DNA from: a candidate division WWE3 bacterium RIFOXYC1_FULL_40_10
GTDB taxonomy: Bacteria > Patescibacteriota > WWE3 > UBA101185 > UBA10185
Length of the DNA: 64,000 nt
Reading direction: 5' to 3'
NCBI GenBank assembly: GCA_001773215.1
Contig: MEWB01000001.1
Location: 550,099 to 614,098, forward strand
Positions within the stretch are counted from its first letter, which is position 1. Each line of letters opens with the position of its first letter. The notes below the pieces were generated by a model that did no database searches, was not told the DNA's origin, and saw only the letters and a list, made by a program, of their open reading frames with translations. Of this stretch, positions 48,911 through 60,858 are shown one piece after another. Position numbers and translations under genes: made by a program.

Positions 48911-48932
48911 AAAAAAGGCGCCCCCGGGCGCC
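48911..48932 (-). terminator. Intrinsic-terminator-like hairpin inside the S10-L3 spacer, a putative attenuator
   Basis: The minus strand reads GGCGCC-CGGG-GGCGCC followed by TTTTTT. It is the only GC-rich element in a 121-nt AT-rich spacer between rpsJ and rplC. Confidence 0.45.
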
Positions 48933-49016
48933 TTGCAGCAAGGTGACCCAAAGTATTCATCTTAATCTTTTTCTGCTCTTGTGTTTATCATTAAGTAGTT
49001 AAACGGTCAATGACCT

Positions 49017-49358
49017 TCACATCTTAATCGAAATTCCAACCCCTGCCGGCAAATTTAACTTCGAAAGATTATCAATGGTCGAGGGAGTCGGATTCAATAC
49101 ATCGATAACTCTCTTGTGTGTTCGAAGTTCAAATTGTTCTCTGCCTCTTTTATCAATATGAGGCCCTCTAATCACTGTAAATTTCTCAATTCTTGTTGGC
49201 AATGGTATTGGTCCTACAACCTTGGCCCCCGTTCTTATTGCTGTGTCAATAATTTTCCCACAGCTAAGATCTATTACCCTGCTATCATAAGAGTTTAGCT
49301 TTATTCTTATTTTCGAGTCTTTTGCGTTTTTAACTTTATTTGCCATAAAACCTTCCAA
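49017..49358 (-). CDS. rpsJ: Ribosomal protein S10. The true start is probably the ATG at 49346 ([17 protein letters not shown]).
   Basis: KIRIKL ... GPIPLPT ... S10 family. Confidence 0.9.
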   Translation of the reverse strand: MEGFMANKVKNAKDSKIRIKLNSYDSRVIDLSCGKIIDTAIRTGAKVVGPIPLPTRIEKFTVIRGPHIDKRGREQFELRTHKRVIDVLNPTPSTIDNLSKLNLPAGVGISIKM

Positions 49359-49361
49359 AGT

Positions 49362-49384
49362 GTGGTCCGCCTGCGGCGGACCAC
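49362..49384 (-). other. Perfect 10-bp GC-rich stem-loop (GGTGGTCCGCC-GCA-GGCGGACCAC) in the tuf-rpsJ spacer. A possible RNA processing or stability element.
   Basis: The palindrome is seen directly in the sequence. There is no strong U-tract, only a weak UUU after ACU. Confidence 0.4.
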
Positions 49385-49399
49385 CTTCTAATTCTATTC

Positions 49400-50578
49400 T
49401 TAAGCTATAACCTTAGTTATTACTCCTGCTCCAACTGTATGCCCACCTTCTCTGATAGCGAATCTCATACCTTCTTCCAAAGCTACTGGAGTAATGAGTT
49501 TTGCCTTAAAGGTAACATCGTCACCCGGCATAACCATCTCAACACCTTCAGGTAGAGTAATTTCTCCGGTAACATCTGTGGTTCTAATGTAGAACTGAGG
49601 TCTGTAACCGCTGAAAAAAGGTTTCTGTCTTCCACCTTCCTCTTTTGAGAGAATGTAGACCTGGCAATCAAACTCTGTGTGAGGTTTAACTGATCCTGGT
49701 TTGGCCAGAACCTGTCCTCTTTCCACATCTTCTCGGTTGATACCTCTAACCAAGATACCAACATTATCCCCTGCTTGTCCTTCTTGCATCTGTTTCTTAA
49801 ACATTTCGACGCCTGTGACAACTGATTTCTTTGTATCTTTAATTCCCACAATTTCAACCTCTTCGTTTATCTTAACAAGTCCTCTTTCGATTCTTCCTGT
49901 TACAACAGTTCCTCTTCCCGAAATTGTGAAAACATCTTCAATAGGCATAAGGAACGGCTTTTCTAGGTCTCTAACCGGTGTAGGAATATATTCATCTACT
50001 TTAGCCATTAGTTCAATAATTGATTTCTTAGCATCCTCATCACCTTCAAGGGCTTTTAGCGCCGAACCTTTGATAATAGGTATTTCGTCTCCAGGGAAAC
50101 CGTATTTGGTTAGAAGTTCTCTTACCTCAAGTTCTACCAAATCTAAAATTTCTTTATCCTGAACCATGTCTACCTTATTCATAAACACAACAATAGAAGG
50201 AACATTTACTTGCTTGGCAAGTAAGATGTGTTCTCTTGTCTGTGGCATTGGACCGTCTGGAGCAGACACAACTAAAATAGCACCGTCCATTTGAGCAGCA
50301 CCTGTGATCATGTTTTTGATGTAGTCTGCATGACCTGGGGCATCAATATGAGCGTAGTGTCTTTTCTCAGTTTGATACTCAACGTGAGTAATATTGATAG
50401 TAATTCCTCTTTCCCTTTCCTCAGGGGCTTTATCAATATTCTCGAAAGCTACATATTCTCCACCGCCAACCTCGGATAAGACTTTGGTAATTGCTGAAGT
50501 CAAGGTAGTTTTACCGTGATCAACGTGTCCAATAGTTCCGATATTTACGTGTGGCTTGTTTCTAATAAAATCAGCCAT
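49400..50578 (-). CDS. tuf: Elongation factor Tu
   Basis: [21 protein letters not shown], 392 aa. Confidence 0.95.
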   Translation of the reverse strand: MADFIRNKPHVNIGTIGHVDHGKTTLTSAITKVLSEVGGGEYVAFENIDKAPEERERGITINITHVEYQTEKRHYAHIDAPGHADYIKNMITGAAQMDGAILVVSAPDGPMPQTREHILLAKQVNVPSIVVFMNKVDMVQDKEILDLVELEVRELLTKYGFPGDEIPIIKGSALKALEGDEDAKKSIIELMAKVDEYIPTPVRDLEKPFLMPIEDVFTISGRGTVVTGRIERGLVKINEEVEIVGIKDTKKSVVTGVEMFKKQMQEGQAGDNVGILVRGINREDVERGQVLAKPGSVKPHTEFDCQVYILSKEEGGRQKPFFSGYRPQFYIRTTDVTGEITLPEGVEMVMPGDDVTFKAKLITPVALEEGMRFAIREGGHTVGAGVITKVIA

Positions 50579-50708
50579 AATTTACCTTTCAAAATAATTA
50601 CTTACATTTTAAAAACCTAACTTTTTATTAAAGCCTAATAAATGCAAATGCTAGTTAACCAAATAAATGTCGAAAAATCAAGGCTTTTCGTCACAGCTGT
50701 AACATAAT

Positions 50709-52802
50709 TTACATTCTGCTGGCCTGAACCGACCTGTTGACTTGGCTGGCTATACTTGCCGGAACTTCTTCATAATGGCTTGGCTCCATGGTAAATGAGG
50801 CTCTACCTTGTGTTAAACCCCTCAGTTCCGTGGCATAACCAAACATTTCAGACAAAGGTACTTCCGTCTTGATAACTCGAGCATTCCCTCTTGAATCTGA
50901 GCTTTCAATCTTACCTCTTTTGGATGAAATGTTACCTATGACATCCCCCATATAATCTTCCGGTGTAACAATTTCTACCTTCATAATCGGTTCTATTAGG
51001 TAAGGATCTGCCTCCTTCTGGGCTTTTCGCATAGCATCTATGGCCGCCATTTTAAAGGATTGCTCCGAGGAATCGACCTCGTGGTACGACCCATCTACCA
51101 ACATAACCTTGAAATCGGTAAAGGGATAACCTGCAACTATTCCGCACTCTGCTGCCTCTTTGACACCTTTCTCAACAGCCGGAATAAATTCTCTAGGTAT
51201 AGACCCACCGACAATTTTGTTTTCAAATTCGAAGCCTGATCCTCGTGGCAGTGGTTCCATTTTAATAACTACGTGCCCATATTGCCCCCTACCTCCGGAT
51301 TGCCTAATGTATTTCCCCTCCACTCCTACAGGGTTTCTCACCGTTTCTCTGTACGCAACCTGGGGTTTTCCTGTGTTTGCCTCTACCTTAAATTCCCTTC
51401 GCATTCTATCAACAATAATATCTAAATGAAGCTCTCCCATACCATATAAAATGGTTTGGCCGGTTTCTTCGTCCGTTTTCACCTTCAAAGTAGGATCCTC
51501 TTCCAGAAACTTCTTCAACGATTCACCCATTTTGTCTCTGTCAGATTTTGTTTTTGGTTCTACTACAACCCCTATTACAGGCTCTGCAAAGCTGATACTT
51601 TCCAGTATAACGTTATTAGTTTCATCACAAAGTGTGTCACCTGTAGTGGCTTGTATACCAACAGCAGCTGCTATTTCCCCAGCTCTAATATCTTTAATCT
51701 CTTCTCTTTTATTTGCGTGCATCAGTAAAATACGCCCTAATCTTTCTTTCGTATCTTTTGTAGAATTTCTGATATAAGAACCGGCTGTTGCCTTGCCAGA
51801 GTAAACTCTAAAATAAGTTAATCTACCAACATAAGGGTCTGTTTGAACTTTAAATGCCAAAGCCACAAACGGGCCTTCTTGGTCAGCTGAAAGCTCAATA
51901 GGCTCGCCATCTGCTCCTTTTATGCCATGAACTGCAGGTTTATCCTTGGGAGAAGGCAAAAAATCTACTACGCCATCCAAAACTTTTTGGACTCCTTTAT
52001 TTCCCAAAGCGGAACCGCAATAAATGGGATAAAGCGAAGCAGTAACAGTGGCCTTCCTTAATCCAGCCTTTAACTCCTCGATTGACAGCTCCTTGCCTCC
52101 AAGATACTTTTCGAGCAAGGTGTCGTCCGATTCGGCAATGATATCTACTAGCTTGGCTCTAAACTCTTCAACTTTAGGCAACATATCTGCCGGAATTTCG
52201 GTTTCCGTTACATCGTGTCCCAACTCTCCTTCGAATTTATAAGCCTTTCTCTCTATCAGATCAATTACAGCCTCGAAGGTGTTCTCTAAACCAATAGGCA
52301 ACTGAACCGCTACTCCCTTATTTGTCAGTTTCTCCGATACAGACTGAACCGACATATAAAAATCGCCGCCTATTTTATCTAATTTATTTACGAAAAACAG
52401 CAAGGGTACGTTGTATTTTTGAGCTTGTCTAAATACTGTTTCAGATTGAGGTTCAACCCCTTGAGACCCATCTAAAAGGATCACTGCTCCATCTAAAACT
52501 CTTAACGAACGCTCAACTTCGGCTGTAAAATCCACATGACCGGGTGTATCGATTATATTTATCCTATGATCTTTCCAAAAGCATGTTGTAGCCGCGGATG
52601 TAATTGTAATACCTCTTTCTTGCTCTTGAGCCATCCAATCCATTGTTGCGGCACCTTCGTGGACTTCACCTATCTTATGGGATTTTCCGGTGTAGTACAG
52701 TACACGCTCGGTAGTCGTTGTTTTACCGGCATCTATGTGTGCAATAATTCCAATATTTCTTATCTTCTCAAGTGGGTATGTGATGTTCGAGCTTTCTGCC
52801 AT
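50709..52802 (-). CDS. fusA: Elongation factor G
   Basis: [26 protein letters not shown], 697 aa. Confidence 0.95.
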   Translation of the reverse strand: MAESSNITYPLEKIRNIGIIAHIDAGKTTTTERVLYYTGKSHKIGEVHEGAATMDWMAQEQERGITITSAATTCFWKDHRINIIDTPGHVDFTAEVERSLRVLDGAVILLDGSQGVEPQSETVFRQAQKYNVPLLFFVNKLDKIGGDFYMSVQSVSEKLTNKGVAVQLPIGLENTFEAVIDLIERKAYKFEGELGHDVTETEIPADMLPKVEEFRAKLVDIIAESDDTLLEKYLGGKELSIEELKAGLRKATVTASLYPIYCGSALGNKGVQKVLDGVVDFLPSPKDKPAVHGIKGADGEPIELSADQEGPFVALAFKVQTDPYVGRLTYFRVYSGKATAGSYIRNSTKDTKERLGRILLMHANKREEIKDIRAGEIAAAVGIQATTGDTLCDETNNVILESISFAEPVIGVVVEPKTKSDRDKMGESLKKFLEEDPTLKVKTDEETGQTILYGMGELHLDIIVDRMRREFKVEANTGKPQVAYRETVRNPVGVEGKYIRQSGGRGQYGHVVIKMEPLPRGSGFEFENKIVGGSIPREFIPAVEKGVKEAAECGIVAGYPFTDFKVMLVDGSYHEVDSSEQSFKMAAIDAMRKAQKEADPYLIEPIMKVEIVTPEDYMGDVIGNISSKRGKIESSDSRGNARVIKTEVPLSEMFGYATELRGLTQGRASFTMEPSHYEEVPASIASQVNRSVQASRM

Positions 52803-52817
52803 ATTTCCTCCTGGGTG

Positions 52818-53285
52818 TTAATACCTTGCAAAATGGGCAAAAGCTCTGTTAGCGTCAGCCATTTTATGAGTGTCGTCTCTTTTCTTAACAGCATCTCCTG
52901 TACCGTCGAGAGCCATATTTAGCTCATTAAATAATTTCACTTCCATTGTTTTACCTTTTTTTGATCTGGCCGACCCCACTAACCATCGTAAAGCCAACCC
53001 TTCGGCTCTCTCATGTTTTACAGGAACGGGGACCTGATAAGTAGCACCGCCAACCCTTCTGGAACGAACTTCCTGAAGAGGTATAACGTTTTTAATTGCG
53101 TCTTCAAACTTCTTGATCGCATCTTTTCGGTCTTCCGCTAGTTTATCGATAGCACCGTACACAATTGATTCAGCGGTGGCTTTTTGCCCTCTTTGCATAA
53201 CTATGCTAATCATCTTAGACACAACTCGTGATTTAAATATTTGGTCAGGTATTACTTGTCTTTTCTTTGCTTTTTTACCTCTCAT
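52818..53285 (-). CDS. rpsG: Ribosomal protein S7
   Basis: S7 family, 155 aa. Confidence 0.9.
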   Translation of the reverse strand: MRGKKAKKRQVIPDQIFKSRVVSKMISIVMQRGQKATAESIVYGAIDKLAEDRKDAIKKFEDAIKNVIPLQEVRSRRVGGATYQVPVPVKHERAEGLALRWLVGSARSKKGKTMEVKLFNELNMALDGTGDAVKKRDDTHKMADANRAFAHFARY

Positions 53286-53287
53286 AT

Positions 53288-53701
53288 TTAGTCCTTAGGC
53301 TTTTTAGCCCCGTAAATTGATCTGGATGTTTTCCTCTTGCCTACTCCTGCAAGATCCAGAGTTCCACGAACGATAGTATATTTAATTCCCGGTAAATCCT
53401 GTATCTTTCCACCCTTTATCAACACAACTGAGTGTTCTTGTAGATTATGTCCCTCACCTGGAATATACGCGGTAACTTCTCTTTTGTTTGATAACCTTAC
53501 TCGCGCAACTTTTCGCAATGCAGAGTTTGGTTTTTTCGGGGTAGCTGTTCTAACCTGTAAAATAACCCCTCTCTTAAATGGGCTGGAAAAAGGCACCGGT
53601 TTTCTATGACGGGTATTATAACCTTCTTTTAACGCAGGTGTTTTAGCTTTCTTTAGTTTTGTTTTTCTTCCTCTTCTTATGAGTTGGTTAATTGTCGGCA
53701 T
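53288..53701 (-). CDS. rpsL: Ribosomal protein S12
   Basis: [12 protein letters not shown] ... [16 protein letters not shown]-like motif. Confidence 0.9.
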   Translation of the reverse strand: MPTINQLIRRGRKTKLKKAKTPALKEGYNTRHRKPVPFSSPFKRGVILQVRTATPKKPNSALRKVARVRLSNKREVTAYIPGEGHNLQEHSVVLIKGGKIQDLPGIKYTIVRGTLDLAGVGKRKTSRSIYGAKKPKD

Positions 53702-53709
53702 ATGTTTTT

Positions 53710-56700
53710 TTATTCTTCTCTGGCAGCCTCACCGGTAGGAATTAGTCTCCCAATAATTACGTTCTCTTTTAGCCCTACCAAGTTATCAACCTTACCAGAA
53801 GCCGCGGCATCGGTCAATACATTAGCTGTTTGGATAAAGGATGCAGCAGAAAGGAAACTATCAGTATTTAAGGAAGCCTTAGTAATACCCAACAATGTAA
53901 GTTTTCCTGTTGCCGGTATACCTCCGCTTGCCAAAACTGCTTCGTTTTCTTCCTCAAAACTTGCTTTAGTAACAAGCTCGCCTGCCAAAAATTCAGTGTC
54001 GCCTTGATCCTCAATTCTAACGTGATTAAACATTTGTTTTACTATTATCTCAAGATGTTTGTCATGAATGGACACACCCTGTGAAGCATATACACCTTGT
54101 ATTTCCTCAATGATGTATTTTTTAGTGGCATCTACACCAACTGTTCTGTACAGTTCGCTTAAGTCCATATTTCCCAAAGTGACTCTGTCACCTTTTGCAA
54201 TCAATTGGCCATCTTCCACTACAATCTCTGAGACCGGATCTATCGCGTATTCCACTGATTCTTCATCTGAATCTATAGGTTTTATCAATACTTTTCTGTC
54301 ATCTCCGTTTTTAACTAATGTAACTTTTCCCGTCACTTCCGACATTAAAGCTAAAAATTTAGGAGTTCTGGCTTCAACCAGTTCCTCAACTCTAGGTAAA
54401 CCTTGGGTAATATCTTTTCCTACAATTCCCCCTGTGTGGAATGTTCTCATAGATAGCTGGGTCCCGGGCTCTCCAATTGATTGAGCCGCTGCTACTCCAA
54501 CCGCTGCCCCAATTCTTACCATTTCGCCTGTCATTAAGTCTTTACCATAGCATTTTGAGCAAATACCCACTCTAGTTTCACAATGCATAGGGGATCTAAG
54601 ATAGATGGCTTTTGCTTTAGATTTTCCAATCTTTTCGGCCAAAGCCTTAGTTATCATCTCGCCTTTTTTGACGATCACATTTTTTCCCTCTTCTACATCT
54701 TTTGCTAATAAACGCCCTACTATTCTCTCTTCAAAGCTTTGTAAGATAGTACCTTCTCCCACTTTCAGTTCTCTACCACCATCGGTACCGCAATCGTCAG
54801 CTCTTATGATAACGTCCTGTGAAACGTCAACAAGTCTTCTGGTTAAATAACCTGCGTCAGCTGTTTTTAAGCCCTTATCAATCAATCCTTTTCTAGCACC
54901 TCGTGCCCCTGAAAAGTACTCTAAGGCGGCAAGACCGTATTTATAGTTACCTGTTATAGGCATCTCAACAACTTTACCGGTTGCATCAAAAACCAAGCCT
55001 CTCATACCGGCTATCTGTTTTACCTGATCTCTGCTTGCTCTTACTGAACCGGACTTAACCAAAACTTTAACCGGGTTTTCATCATCCATATTCTTCCAAG
55101 CAGCCTCGTCAACATCAGCCATAACCTTATTCCAAGTGTCTTCTTTATTTCTTAAGGCCTCTGCAGCTGTAATCAGCCCTCTTCTAGCATACTGATCGAT
55201 ATCTATAACAGCTTTTTTTCCTGCTTCGATTAAAGACTCTCTTTCTACAGGAACCTGGATATCAGACAAAGAAATCGATTGCCCGCACACAGTTCCGTAA
55301 AAAAGGCCTAAATCCTTAAAATTATCGATCATTTCCACAACAGTATCATTTGACTCCTGGTCGAACGCGGTTGCTAACAGAGCATGTAGTTTTTTCTTAT
55401 CTAAGGCCTCGTTAATATAACCAAAAGAAGCCGGAATCACTTGATTGAACAAAACTCTACCCGGAGTTGTTTCCAAAACTTTTCCATCTATGAACACTTT
55501 TACCGGTTGTCTTAGTCGAACCGCTTTTTTGATTTCATAAGCAAAAGTTAACTCGTTCAATGAAGAAAAGGTCATTTGAGATGCTTTTTCTTTAGGATCA
55601 ACCGAGGTCATGTAGTAGATACCGAATATAACTGTTTTCTGAGGAACTGAGATAGGTGATCCGTTCGATGGATTTCGCAAGTTCTTGGTTGCCATCATCA
55701 CAGATTTGGCCTCTTCTATAGCTGCTTTTGTCAAAGGAACGTGAATAGCCATCTGGTCACCGTCAAAGTCGGCATTATAACCGTTACAAACGCACAAATG
55801 GAGCTTAATTGCATTACCTTCTATCAGTTTAGGATAGAAAGCTTGAATACCCAATCTCCAAAGCGTAGGAGCTCTGTTTAATAGAACAGGATGACCCTCG
55901 ACAACTTCTTCAAGGATATCCCAAACTTCGGGACCGCGCTCTTCCAGTAAAAATTTAGCGCTCTTAACATTAGGTGCATGCCCGCGAAGCATCAATTCCC
56001 TTAACACCATAGGCTTGAACAATTCTAAAGCCATTTCTTTTGGAACTCCGCACTCGCTTAGTTTTAAGGTCGGTCCATCAATAATAACGGCACGTCCTGA
56101 GTAATCTACTCTCTTACCTAACAAATTAAGTCTGAAAATACCTTGCTTTCCCTTTATCATATCTGCAAGAGATCTTAGCTCTTTCCTGCCCCTTACTACT
56201 CGTGTTTTCTTTCTCTGTTTAGATGAATCGAATAAGGCATCTACCGACTCTTGTAACATTCTTTTTTCGTTTCTAACAATGATTTCTGGCGCCCCAAGCT
56301 CAAGTAGTCTTTTTAAGCGGTTATTGCGGTTTATTAATCTTCGGTATAAATCATTTAAATCAGAACTAGCAAATCTTCCACCCTCAAGCTGTACCATAGG
56401 TCGCAAATCAGGAGGAATAACAGGCACAATATCCATAATCATTCTGGATGGCGCTAAATTTGCTCTTCTAAATTGTTCTACGACTTTTAATCTTTTAGCA
56501 ATTTTCTGCGCTTTTTGACCCTTAGATCTACCTAGCTCATCTCTTAGTTTTTGAGCCAGAGTGTTTAAATCGATATTTCCTAATATACCTTCCAATGCTT
56601 CAGCACCTATTTGCAGTTTGCTAAATCTACCCAGGTAATCAATTAATGAAATATATTCGTTTTCCGAAATTACAGAGTGGAGGGCAACACTTTCGATCTT

Positions 56701-57378
56701 TTTTTGAATTAACTTGTAAGTTTTCTGGTCTTCATCCAGTTTTTTCTCAAACGCCACTCTTAACTGCTGAATCTGTTGATTTATTTTGTAGATATCTTCC
56801 TGAGCTGTAAGGTCATCCCTCTTTTTGGATAATTTTTCTACCTCTTTTTCTTTATCTGAAATTTCTTTAGCTAATTCTCTTTCCAGTTTTTGCTTTGTTT
56901 TCTCGATATCTTCCTCAATTGCCGAAATTACTGCAGCTTTCTTTTTATGATCAATTTCCGTAACAATGAATGAGGCAAAATAAACTACCGACTCCACATT
57001 TCTTGGAGTTAGATCAAGCAAGAGTGCCATCTTTGAGGGTATGCCTTTAAAGAACCACACATGGGCGATTGGTGAAGCCAGCTTAATATGTCCCATTCTT
57101 TCTCTTCTCACACGTGAGTGAATTACTTCAACGCCGCACTTATCGCAGATTACCCCTTTGTATCTGATGCCTTTGTATTTTCCGCAGTAACACTCATAGT
57201 TCTTAGTAGGTCCAAAAATTCGCTCATCGAACAAGCCTTCCCTCTCGGACTTAAATGTTCTGTAATTTATGGTTTCAGGCTTGGTTACTTCACCATGAGA
57301 CCAGGATAGCATCTCTTCAGAGGAAGCTAAAAATATTTTTATTGCCTCAAAATCTTTTAAATTAGATAGATCTTTCAT
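53710..57378 (-). CDS. rpoC: DNA-directed RNA polymerase beta-prime subunit
   Basis: N-terminal Zn finger ([23 protein letters not shown]), the NADFDGDQM catalytic motif, 1222 aa. Confidence 0.95.
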   Translation of the reverse strand: MKDLSNLKDFEAIKIFLASSEEMLSWSHGEVTKPETINYRTFKSEREGLFDERIFGPTKNYECYCGKYKGIRYKGVICDKCGVEVIHSRVRRERMGHIKLASPIAHVWFFKGIPSKMALLLDLTPRNVESVVYFASFIVTEIDHKKKAAVISAIEEDIEKTKQKLERELAKEISDKEKEVEKLSKKRDDLTAQEDIYKINQQIQQLRVAFEKKLDEDQKTYKLIQKKIESVALHSVISENEYISLIDYLGRFSKLQIGAEALEGILGNIDLNTLAQKLRDELGRSKGQKAQKIAKRLKVVEQFRRANLAPSRMIMDIVPVIPPDLRPMVQLEGGRFASSDLNDLYRRLINRNNRLKRLLELGAPEIIVRNEKRMLQESVDALFDSSKQRKKTRVVRGRKELRSLADMIKGKQGIFRLNLLGKRVDYSGRAVIIDGPTLKLSECGVPKEMALELFKPMVLRELMLRGHAPNVKSAKFLLEERGPEVWDILEEVVEGHPVLLNRAPTLWRLGIQAFYPKLIEGNAIKLHLCVCNGYNADFDGDQMAIHVPLTKAAIEEAKSVMMATKNLRNPSNGSPISVPQKTVIFGIYYMTSVDPKEKASQMTFSSLNELTFAYEIKKAVRLRQPVKVFIDGKVLETTPGRVLFNQVIPASFGYINEALDKKKLHALLATAFDQESNDTVVEMIDNFKDLGLFYGTVCGQSISLSDIQVPVERESLIEAGKKAVIDIDQYARRGLITAAEALRNKEDTWNKVMADVDEAAWKNMDDENPVKVLVKSGSVRASRDQVKQIAGMRGLVFDATGKVVEMPITGNYKYGLAALEYFSGARGARKGLIDKGLKTADAGYLTRRLVDVSQDVIIRADDCGTDGGRELKVGEGTILQSFEERIVGRLLAKDVEEGKNVIVKKGEMITKALAEKIGKSKAKAIYLRSPMHCETRVGICSKCYGKDLMTGEMVRIGAAVGVAAAQSIGEPGTQLSMRTFHTGGIVGKDITQGLPRVEELVEARTPKFLALMSEVTGKVTLVKNGDDRKVLIKPIDSDEESVEYAIDPVSEIVVEDGQLIAKGDRVTLGNMDLSELYRTVGVDATKKYIIEEIQGVYASQGVSIHDKHLEIIVKQMFNHVRIEDQGDTEFLAGELVTKASFEEENEAVLASGGIPATGKLTLLGITKASLNTDSFLSAASFIQTANVLTDAAASGKVDNLVGLKENVIIGRLIPTGEAAREE

Positions 57379-57387
57379 ATGTGTTTC

Positions 57388-60300
57388 CTAACTTACTACC
57401 TCCTGGGAACTCACTAGTTCCTCAACTTCGTCCTTATTAACTACGAGTTCCTCAATAGCTTCGTTTCCCTCAAGAGAGGTAATTTCCTCACCTGTATCGG
57501 AATTTGCTGATGTAGGATGGGATACCATGGCATCTAACCCCAATCCCAACCCATTGAGTTTTCTAACCAACAATTTAAAGGTTTCAGGTACTGTCGAATC
57601 AGGTATTTCTTGCCCTTTCACAATAGCACCATAGGCTTGCTGTCGACCTATCATATCGTCGGACTTAATAGTCAACATTTCCTTTAAGATATGTGCCGCA
57701 CCATATGATTCCAATGCCCAAACTTCCATTTCTCCAAATCTTTGGCCTCCGAACTGTGCTTTACCTCCCAAGGGCTGTTGTGTAATCAAAGAATAAGGCC
57801 CTGTTGATCTGGCGTGCATCTTTTCCTCGGACATATGAATAAGCTTTAGAATATATGCGTCACCTACAACAATTTCATTATGGAAGTATTCTCCGGTACG
57901 GCCATCTCTTAGTTTCATTTTTCCCGATACAGGTAGCCCGGCTTTTTTGAGCTCGTCTACAATTAATTCTTCGGGAATTTCTTGAAGAGGAGGTACTTCA
58001 TAATAGGTATTCATCTTCTTACCTGCCATACCTAACATACACTCCAATGATTGCCCAACGTTCATTCTGTTCAATACGGCCGCAGATGAAAATATAATAT
58101 CTACGTGGCTGCCATCCGGCAAAACAGGCATATCTACTGTTGGAACGATGGCTGAAATTACACCTTTATTCCCGTGTCTGCCTGCTAGTTTGTCTCCAAC
58201 TTCGATTTTCTTTTGCTGTGCCACATAAACTGTAATCTCTTCGATAGTACCTGCCGGTAACGAGTTGTTGTCTTTTTTAGATACTCTTTTTATGCCTATT
58301 ACAACACCGTGTTCACCATGAGGCATTTTTAATGAAGTGTCCCTAACATCTTTTGCCTTTTCACCGAATATAGCTCTTAATAATCTTTCTTCGGCAGTTA
58401 GATCGACTTCCCCCTTAGGCGCAACTTTTCCTACAAGAATGTCGCCCGCTTTAACCTTTGATCCAATTGCCACAATTCCATCTTCATCCAAATTTCTTAA
58501 CACGTCCTCTGAAACATTTGGAATGTCTCTTGTTATTTCTTCAGGTCCAAGTTTAGTTTCCTGAACCGAAGATGTGTAATCAGAAACGTGAATCGAAGTA
58601 AGAACGTCATCTTTAACTAGTCTATCGGATATAACAACACCATCTTCATATTCCAATCCTTCATATATCATGTATGCGATAGTCATATTGGTACCAATCG
58701 ACATCTCTCCGCCTTCTACAGCGGGCCCTTCTATCAACACATCACCTTTTTTTACCTTGTCATCTGTTGAAACTCTAGTGTACTGATTAAAACAGGTGTC
58801 TGCGTTTGTTTGCACAAATTTAGCGGCTTCATAAGTAATTTTAGAGCTGGATCCTTTGTACTTAACAACAACCTTGGATGCGTCAGCGTAATCAATAACT
58901 CCATCACTGTCTGCAACAATTAAAGCAGGAGTATTAATGGCTACCTCGCCCTCAATTCCTGTTCCTACGATAGGTCGTTGAGGTTTCACCAAAGGAACTG
59001 CTTGAGACATTTGTTGAGTACCCATCAAAGCTCGGGAGATATCGTCATTTTGAACGAAGGGTATCATCCCTGCGATTACTCCTAAAACCTGTCTGGGGAC
59101 GACTTCTATATACTGAGCTTGCTCAACATTTCCTAAGAAAAAGTTACCTCCTTTTCTAAGAGGTACCTGGGAATCCACTATAAATCCCTTTTCATCTATA
59201 TCTACCGACTGGTCGGTTATAAAAACATTCTCTTCTTCATAGGCTGCTAAGTACACCATCTCATCAGTTAGTTTAATTCTGCCGTCTTTGGTTTTATCAA
59301 GTTTAAAATAAGGAGTTTCCAAAAAGCCGTATTCGTTAGTTTTTGCATATAAAGCCATGTAATTAATAAGTCCTACGTTTGGTCCTTCCGGAGTTCTAAC
59401 TGCACAAACCTTCCCAAAAGAAGAATAATGCACGTCCCTCACTGAAAAACTGGCACGCTCTTTTGTAAGACCACCCGGTCCTAGTACTGATAATCTTCTT
59501 AGGTGTTCAACCGAAGTCATCGGGTTTTGCTGGTCGTGTAATTGCGATAATTGCCCGGTAGCGAAAAAGCTGTGAACTGATGCTGCAACAGCTCTAGGTG
59601 ATACCAAGGTCGAAGGCTCAGGAAGGACTTCCCTTGGCGATAATGCCATTCTTTCCTTGATATTTTTTTCCATTCGTATAAAACCGATTCTCATTTGCCA
59701 TTGTAAAAGCTCTCCTACACTTTTAACTCTTCGGTTTCCCAAAAAGTCTGTGTCACTGGGCTCTACTCCCGGCGCTCCATTGTTTAATTCGATTATTCTG
59801 GAAAGTATTTTTATTAAATCTTCTAACTGAATAAGTCTGTGTTCGGGATCATTAGGAAAGTTTAATCCTAGTACTTGATTCAATTTGAATCTTCCTACTG
59901 CTCCAAGGCTGTATCTCCTCTTGTTAAAAAACATAGAGGCCACTAATGCCTTTGCATTTTCGAGAACTAACGGTTCACCCGGTCTCATCTTTCGATAAAC
60001 CTCAATGCAGGCCTCATCATAAGAGGCTGTAGGATCTTTTGATAATGTGGATTCAATATAATTAACTTCAGGATTTGTCTCCACAGCGGAAAAAGCTCCT
60101 CTTATATCATCATCTGTTTCTAGCCCAAAAAGTCTTAACACTGTAGTGGCTGTGATTTTTCTTTTTCTGTCTATTCGGACGCTAATCACGCCTGTTCTTG
60201 AGGTTTCGAATTCAAGCCAAATTCCACTGCGAGGCAAAATTTTTGAGCTGGCTAAAAACTGCCCAGTTATAGGTGATACATCTCTTGAAAAAAGAACGCC

Positions 60301-60693
60301 TTCCGCTCTTATTAATTGGTTTACGACAATTCTCTCAACTCCCGAAATAATAAAAGTGCCTTTATCGGTCATCAAGGGGATATCACCCATGTATATTTGT
60401 GAACTTTTTTCTTTTTTTGCGATCGGGTCTTTAATAGTAGCATTGAGATACCAGGGAGCATCATATGTTCTTCCGGTTCTTCTTGCCTCCGACGGGGTAA
60501 TATTTGCTTTATCAATATTGGGTTTTTGTAGTTTTAAAATCCAGCCTCTACCAGAGTTGTCTTCAATTGTTCCCAGTTCGTCTAAGATTTCTTGTAAGCC
60601 TTCCTTTTTTATCCAGTTGTATGAATCCAGCTGAATATCGATCAAATTTGGTAATTTTGCAGATATTTTTCTTTTTGAAAAGCTATGTCTCAT
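57388..60693 (-). CDS. rpoB: DNA-directed RNA polymerase beta subunit
   Basis: Conserved beta motifs (GDKLAGRHGNKGVIS, NVGQ, the rifampicin cluster region), 1101 aa. Confidence 0.95.
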   Translation of the reverse strand: MRHSFSKRKISAKLPNLIDIQLDSYNWIKKEGLQEILDELGTIEDNSGRGWILKLQKPNIDKANITPSEARRTGRTYDAPWYLNATIKDPIAKKEKSSQIYMGDIPLMTDKGTFIISGVERIVVNQLIRAEGVLFSRDVSPITGQFLASSKILPRSGIWLEFETSRTGVISVRIDRKRKITATTVLRLFGLETDDDIRGAFSAVETNPEVNYIESTLSKDPTASYDEACIEVYRKMRPGEPLVLENAKALVASMFFNKRRYSLGAVGRFKLNQVLGLNFPNDPEHRLIQLEDLIKILSRIIELNNGAPGVEPSDTDFLGNRRVKSVGELLQWQMRIGFIRMEKNIKERMALSPREVLPEPSTLVSPRAVAASVHSFFATGQLSQLHDQQNPMTSVEHLRRLSVLGPGGLTKERASFSVRDVHYSSFGKVCAVRTPEGPNVGLINYMALYAKTNEYGFLETPYFKLDKTKDGRIKLTDEMVYLAAYEEENVFITDQSVDIDEKGFIVDSQVPLRKGGNFFLGNVEQAQYIEVVPRQVLGVIAGMIPFVQNDDISRALMGTQQMSQAVPLVKPQRPIVGTGIEGEVAINTPALIVADSDGVIDYADASKVVVKYKGSSSKITYEAAKFVQTNADTCFNQYTRVSTDDKVKKGDVLIEGPAVEGGEMSIGTNMTIAYMIYEGLEYEDGVVISDRLVKDDVLTSIHVSDYTSSVQETKLGPEEITRDIPNVSEDVLRNLDEDGIVAIGSKVKAGDILVGKVAPKGEVDLTAEERLLRAIFGEKAKDVRDTSLKMPHGEHGVVIGIKRVSKKDNNSLPAGTIEEITVYVAQQKKIEVGDKLAGRHGNKGVISAIVPTVDMPVLPDGSHVDIIFSSAAVLNRMNVGQSLECMLGMAGKKMNTYYEVPPLQEIPEELIVDELKKAGLPVSGKMKLRDGRTGEYFHNEIVVGDAYILKLIHMSEEKMHARSTGPYSLITQQPLGGKAQFGGQRFGEMEVWALESYGAAHILKEMLTIKSDDMIGRQQAYGAIVKGQEIPDSTVPETFKLLVRKLNGLGLGLDAMVSHPTSANSDTGEEITSLEGNEAIEELVVNKDEVEELVSSQEVVS

Positions 60694-60826
60694 GTATGTT
60701 TTTTATCCTTGTTTTTGGATACAAATTTAATTGTATAATGACTTATTACTTAAAGTAAATAACACCGCTAATGCCCTTTTTCACAGGTATCACAACAAAA
60801 AATCCTATAGTTCAAGGACAAAGGTG

Positions 60827-60855
60827 ACGTTAACATATATTGTTACTTCTGTCAA
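60827..60855 (-). promoter_or_regulatory. Candidate sigma70-type promoter for rpoBC
   Basis: The minus strand reads TTGACA-17 nt-TAACGT, about 130 nt upstream of the rpoB ATG. A second TTGACT-17-GTAATT lies a few nt upstream. Confidence 0.25.
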
Positions 60856-60858
60856 TAA

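Noticed and set aside
50579-50708. fusA-tuf spacer: AU-rich imperfect hairpin (CGAAAA...TTTTCG) and TTGCAT/TTGATT boxes as a tuf internal promoter or terminator
   Set aside because: The stem is weak and AT-only, and the hexamers have no convincing -10 partner at proper spacing. I cannot support it from sequence alone.
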